The notes under the pieces are model-generated. The model was not told the DNA's origin and did not search any database. It was given only the letters and a program-made list of their open reading frames with translations. Position numbers and translations under genes: made by a program. DNA of 64,000 nt. Source: Nemertoderma westbladi. Taxonomy: Eukaryota > Animalia > Xenacoelomorpha. Below are positions 60,244-64,000 of the stretch, piece by piece; the stretch's first letter is position 1, and the number at the start of each line of letters is the position of its first letter. Where the stretch lies: contig JAUCBJ010005969.1 in assembly GCA_032718475.1 (NCBI GenBank), positions 1-64,000 of the forward strand, read 5' to 3'.

Positions 60244-60336
60244 AGCATTCTTAAAAATGCAGCTGTAATGCAGCATGCCGATCCTAGTAGTACTAGGATC
60301 GGCATGCTGTATTACAGCTGCATTTTTAAGAATGCT
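60244..60336. repeat. 93-bp near-perfect palindrome at the LINE 3' end
   Basis: 46-bp arms (60244-60289 and 60291-60336), one mismatch, 1-nt spacer. Confidence 0.95.
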
Positions 60337-62135
60337 CTGCCGGCTTGTCGACAAAATTGCGCCGCCACAACTCCGTATCACCCCTGAAATTTGCTAGATC
60401 ATCCGCATCTTCAAGGCCAGTGTCCTTTAAGATGCGTCTCAAGAATGTCATGGGCTGTCCACCATGCTTATTCACTCCATGAGGCTGCCAATGTACAAGA
60501 TTATGCACTGGCTGGTCCTCACGGCGAAAACAATGTCCTGCAAAGCGGAGGCGAATTTGTTCTAGTGTCAAGCTTGGGGGAACCACTGAGACACCTCCAA
60601 TGTTATATAGTGTCTGGTTGGAGATGTGTGCATTGTACTTGACACAATGAACCCGGCGTAGCATTCTTGTGAATGTGCCATCCAGAGATTTGGTGTCCTC
60701 AGCAGTTAGAGCCCAGCATGGACTCCCATAGAGGAGTACTGGAACTACTGCTGCTCTAAATAATCGGACCTTAAGTTTCCGATTAATTCTCGGTGACTTC
60801 CAAATACTGGAAAGCCTATTCAAGGCTGCCCATGCCTTTCCCTTACGTATTCGAAGGTCCTCACCTGACTTCCGGATCCATGATCCCAGGTAACAGAAGT
60901 CGTCCACATGCTCAAGCATACCATCCTTTGAGCTTATGCTCATCCGGTCAGAGACTTGCTGAGGACTTTCAAAGTGAACTGTCAAAATTTTGGTCTTTCT
61001 GGAGTTAATAAAAAGACCAACACTAGAAGCAGCATGTTCTAATGAGCTGAGGAGCCGTTAGGCTCCCTCTAGTGATTCTGAGAGTACTCCTAAGTCATCA
61101 GCAAAGTCTAGATCAGTTAGGTACTTGGCAGGATTTCCTCGACTTCTGGAGCCAGTAGGTGGAGTTATCATCACCCCATCATCATTATGATGATCTAAGG
61201 ACATGCGTAGAACATAGTCAACCACAATTATGAACAAGAATGGTGCAAGTGTATCTCCATGGGGGACGCCCCATAACACTTCAAATGGTTCTGTGTCACC
61301 GTCAACAGTAGACATAAATGTTGTCGAACCATCGTATACTGATCTGATTGCTGCAATAATTTCATCAGGAATCCCATATAATGAAAGTATGCTGAACATA
61401 CGTGAGCGAGAGACTGAATCATAGGCCTTGAAGAAGTCAGCAAAGATAACAGCCAGATGCCTGTCTTTCATTTTTGATAACTCTTCAATTATCCTTCTAA
61501 GTGCCAAAATGAGCTTCATGGTCCCACGACCTTTACGGAACCCATTCTGATTTCCACGGAGCCGTCTCTCAATGGGATCCCTGATGCGATTTAATAGAAT
61601 TCTATTGTATAGCTTTGCAGCAATCGAGATCAATGAGATTCCCCGAAAAGAACCATAGAGTGTTAGGTTGCCCTTCTTGGGAACTGGCACCAACTTATTT
61701 GTTTTCATTTCTTGTGGGACTCTTGTTGTTCGGTACATGTCTACTATGATGGGATATATGATCTTTAAACACTCAGGTATTTTAAAGACCTCAGGGGGGA
61801 ACACCATCTACTCCACTGGCACGATTGGTCTTAATGCTCTTTGCAGCAGCCTTCACTTCTGCAAAGGAGGTATCGCCAATGGGATTATCTGGGAGTAAAG
61901 ACTCAGACACTTTTACTTCTATAAAGTTATCAGGCAATACCCTGTCATTATTGAGGAGCTTTTCAAAGTGGGCCTTCCAACCATTGAGGCGATCGGCTGG
62001 TGAAAAAGCCTTATCCTTCCTTGGTGGTTGGTTGGCTTTTCCGCCCAGTAAGCAAGTTGATCGATTTCCATGCCTGGGATGATTGCCTGCTGTCGTCAGC
62101 ATCATTGATGGCATCAACCTGTTGGTTTATTAGCC
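60291..62135 (-). mobile_element. 5'-truncated RTE-like LINE with an inactivated reverse transcriptase
   Basis: VPVPKKG, RGISLISIAAKLYNRILLNRI, QNGFRKGR, DFFKAYDSV, GVPHGDTLAPFLF, DLDFADD, YLGS, RLRFAGH. Premature stop at 61058, frameshift near 61800; no endonuclease domain. Confidence 0.92.
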
Positions 62136-62353
62136 CCCTACTTCATAGATAAGAGCCAAGAGAGAGAGGAGCCGTCGGGTTGCCTCCGGTGGTTAGTATC
62201 TCACTCGTTCATCGATCACTTTACTTTACTAATAATGTTGGCTGAAAAAACACAATGTTTGTTGAATCATACAGTTTCAGTCAAAATTTACTTGAATCGA
62301 ATTAAACGAATCTTTAACCGAGAATATATCGTAACTATGTGTGCCCTCTTTAG

Positions 62354-62506
62354 ACGCCTCATCTAACCTGAACACTGTGGCACCTGGACGAAAACGTGAA
62401 AGAAGGAAAAAGGAGAAAAAACGCGTTAAAAACATCAAACAGGTTCTCACAGCACCAACTCCAGCCCGATTCATTGAAAAACCAGTTCCTGTTTCCGCCA
62501 CTGAAG
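62354..62506 (+). CDS. Titin-like exon (basic linker, then PARFIEKPVPVSATEG)
   Basis: Acceptor cctctttag|AC, donor G|gtaggt; phase 1 to 1. Confidence 0.85.
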
Positions 62507-63310
62507 GTAGGTAGAACTTAATCACATTCAGTTCAATTACATTACCTTTAATAGACTACTACTTATAAAATACAATGGGAACTTTCCTTTGGTAAAAATT
62601 TTACCTTTATTTTTGAGAACAATATAGATTTATACTGAGTCAACAATGTGTTTTTTTTTGGGCAATAATATGACTAGTTTCTTGTGTAAATATGACACTT
62701 ATTTCTGTAACAATACAATGTATCACTTACATGTGGCAACAATATCGATTTCAACAATGACCCACTTTTCCTGTATAAAAGTTTGATTCTTTACTTGGAC
62801 GAATCAATTTGTTATATTCTGACAGAACCAGAAATTCCGCTGCCCCAACATCGAAAATGCTCTCAAATTGTACTTCAGTAGCCCACGAAGAATTGGATAG
62901 TTATTGGTTGGCTACCACCAAGGTCATCCTAATATTATACTGTGTGTTATATTTTTTATAAAATAAAACGTATTTAAGAAAATGTTAGGAAACCAACACG
63001 TTATTATAAAACTATAACAAATAACACAAGCTTACGAAATAATATAGCTTGTGTAATTTGTTAAGTTTTATAATAACGTGGTTGATCTTGGTTTACTCAC
63101 AATTTTCTTAATATATTTATTTATTGTAACCGGATCACACATTCCAACGGAAACTTTGACTTGCCCAATTTATTATCCATAATTATATTTTTTGTATATA
63201 CGATGGCCTTGCTACCACGCCACATATAGCTATTCCAATCAGGAGGTTTTATTTTAGATAAAATCCTTTATAAGATGGTAATACAGTATATAAACTGATC
63301 TTCCCTGCAG

Positions 63311-63455
63311 GAGATACAGTCGAATTTAAGTGTCGAGTTGAGGGTCTACCCGATCCCAAGGTGGGGTGGTTTAAAGGATGGCGCGAATTCACGGATTCCG
63401 CCAAACATCAACTAGTTCACGACGACACTTGCGACGACTTTGCTCTCATTATACG
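63311..63455 (+). CDS. Titin-like exon (DTVEFKCRVEGLPDPKVGWFKGWRE...)
   Basis: Acceptor ttccctgcag|GA, donor CG|gtgagt; phase 1 to 2. Confidence 0.92.
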
Positions 63456-63713
63456 GTGAGTTGGAAATACCGGTCGGTCGCATTTAGTGAATTCTTTCAC
63501 ATTTAGGAGAGGTATTTTTGTGCCTTTTCCGTTTTTTTTTTGTTTTGTCTTTATATTTTTATATATGACTATGTTATATAAATGTAATTTTTATTGAAAA
63601 CAAACAACTGGGTATGACATAGATTATTTCAGTCACTTTATATTTATTTGCAATCGAGTTGTTTAACAAACCTAACCTACAGTATGTATGATTAATTTGA
63701 TTGGTTTCTACAG

Positions 63714-63848
63714 AAAAGTTGAAACAAAAGAAGCCGGAAACTACAAAGTGAAGATAAAGAACGATCATGGCCAAGACGAGTGCGTAACTACACTAACAGT
63801 TACAGAGAAAGTCAAAGAAGAAGCAGATTTCAGGAAAAATTTGAAAAG
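63714..63848 (+). CDS. Titin-like exon (KVETKEAGNYKVKIKNDHG...DFRKNLK)
   Basis: Acceptor ttctacag|A, donor AG|gtaatg; phase 2 to 2. Confidence 0.9.
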
Positions 63849-63978
63849 GTAATGTTAATCAGTTTGTTATTGTTTGAATTATTTAACAAGTTTGTGAGAT
63901 TAGAAACTACGGTATGATTTAGGGTAGCTACAGAGAATATTCTCCTATAATTATTTTGATTTATTTTCATATTGTTAG

Positions 63979-64000
63979 GCGACCATCAGCTGTTGCTAGG
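63979..64000 (+). CDS. Start of the next titin-like exon (RRPSAVAR...), cut by the window edge
   Basis: Acceptor attgttag|G with the required phase 2; only 22 nt visible. Confidence 0.6.

Larger units (their letters stand above)
3300..64000 (+). other. Titin/twitchin-family giant muscle protein gene, internal portion (20 exons traced; start and end lie outside the window)
   Basis: Chain of GT-AG exons with compatible phases throughout (exon-end phases 1,0,1,2,2,1,1,0,1,1,2,2,1,0,2,1,1,2,2). They encode repeated I-set Ig domains (PxF..L..G.P.P.V.W..D.G.Y.C.A.N..G), one FN3 domain and a PEVK-like region. Exact orthologue not assignable without a search. Confidence 0.9.

Overview
Eukaryotic (animal, probably invertebrate) genomic DNA. 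The window holds an internal part of one plus-strand gene for a giant titin/twitchin-family muscle protein. I traced 20 coding exons from 3300 to the window end, all with GT-AG boundaries and compatible phases; they encode many I-set Ig domains, one FN3 domain and a ~5.3 kb PEVK-like repeat inside a 9.8 kb exon. The introns are filled with repeats: two young non-autonomous Bel/Pao-type LTR retroelements (19030-30752 and 46361-53696, minus strand, 5-bp TSDs), RTE-like LINE relics, a Penelope-like relic with a minimal hammerhead motif, several MITEs, SINE-like heads, a 3' alpha-tubulin retrocopy, and 6-, 17-, 22-, 34- and 56-bp tandem arrays. Three observations stand out. (1) Neither LTR element has a TGG tRNA primer-binding site; the 9-11 nt next to each 5' LTR are instead complementary to a segment of the element's own LTR, with extra LTR-leader pairings, resembling Tf1/sushi self-priming but in Bel/Pao elements. 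(2) A 34-bp minisatellite is an ~87-fold amplification of the host exon end and its 5' splice site. (3) An inverted repeat begins exactly at a predicted hammerhead cleavage site. All calls come from reading the sequence; no database search was run.
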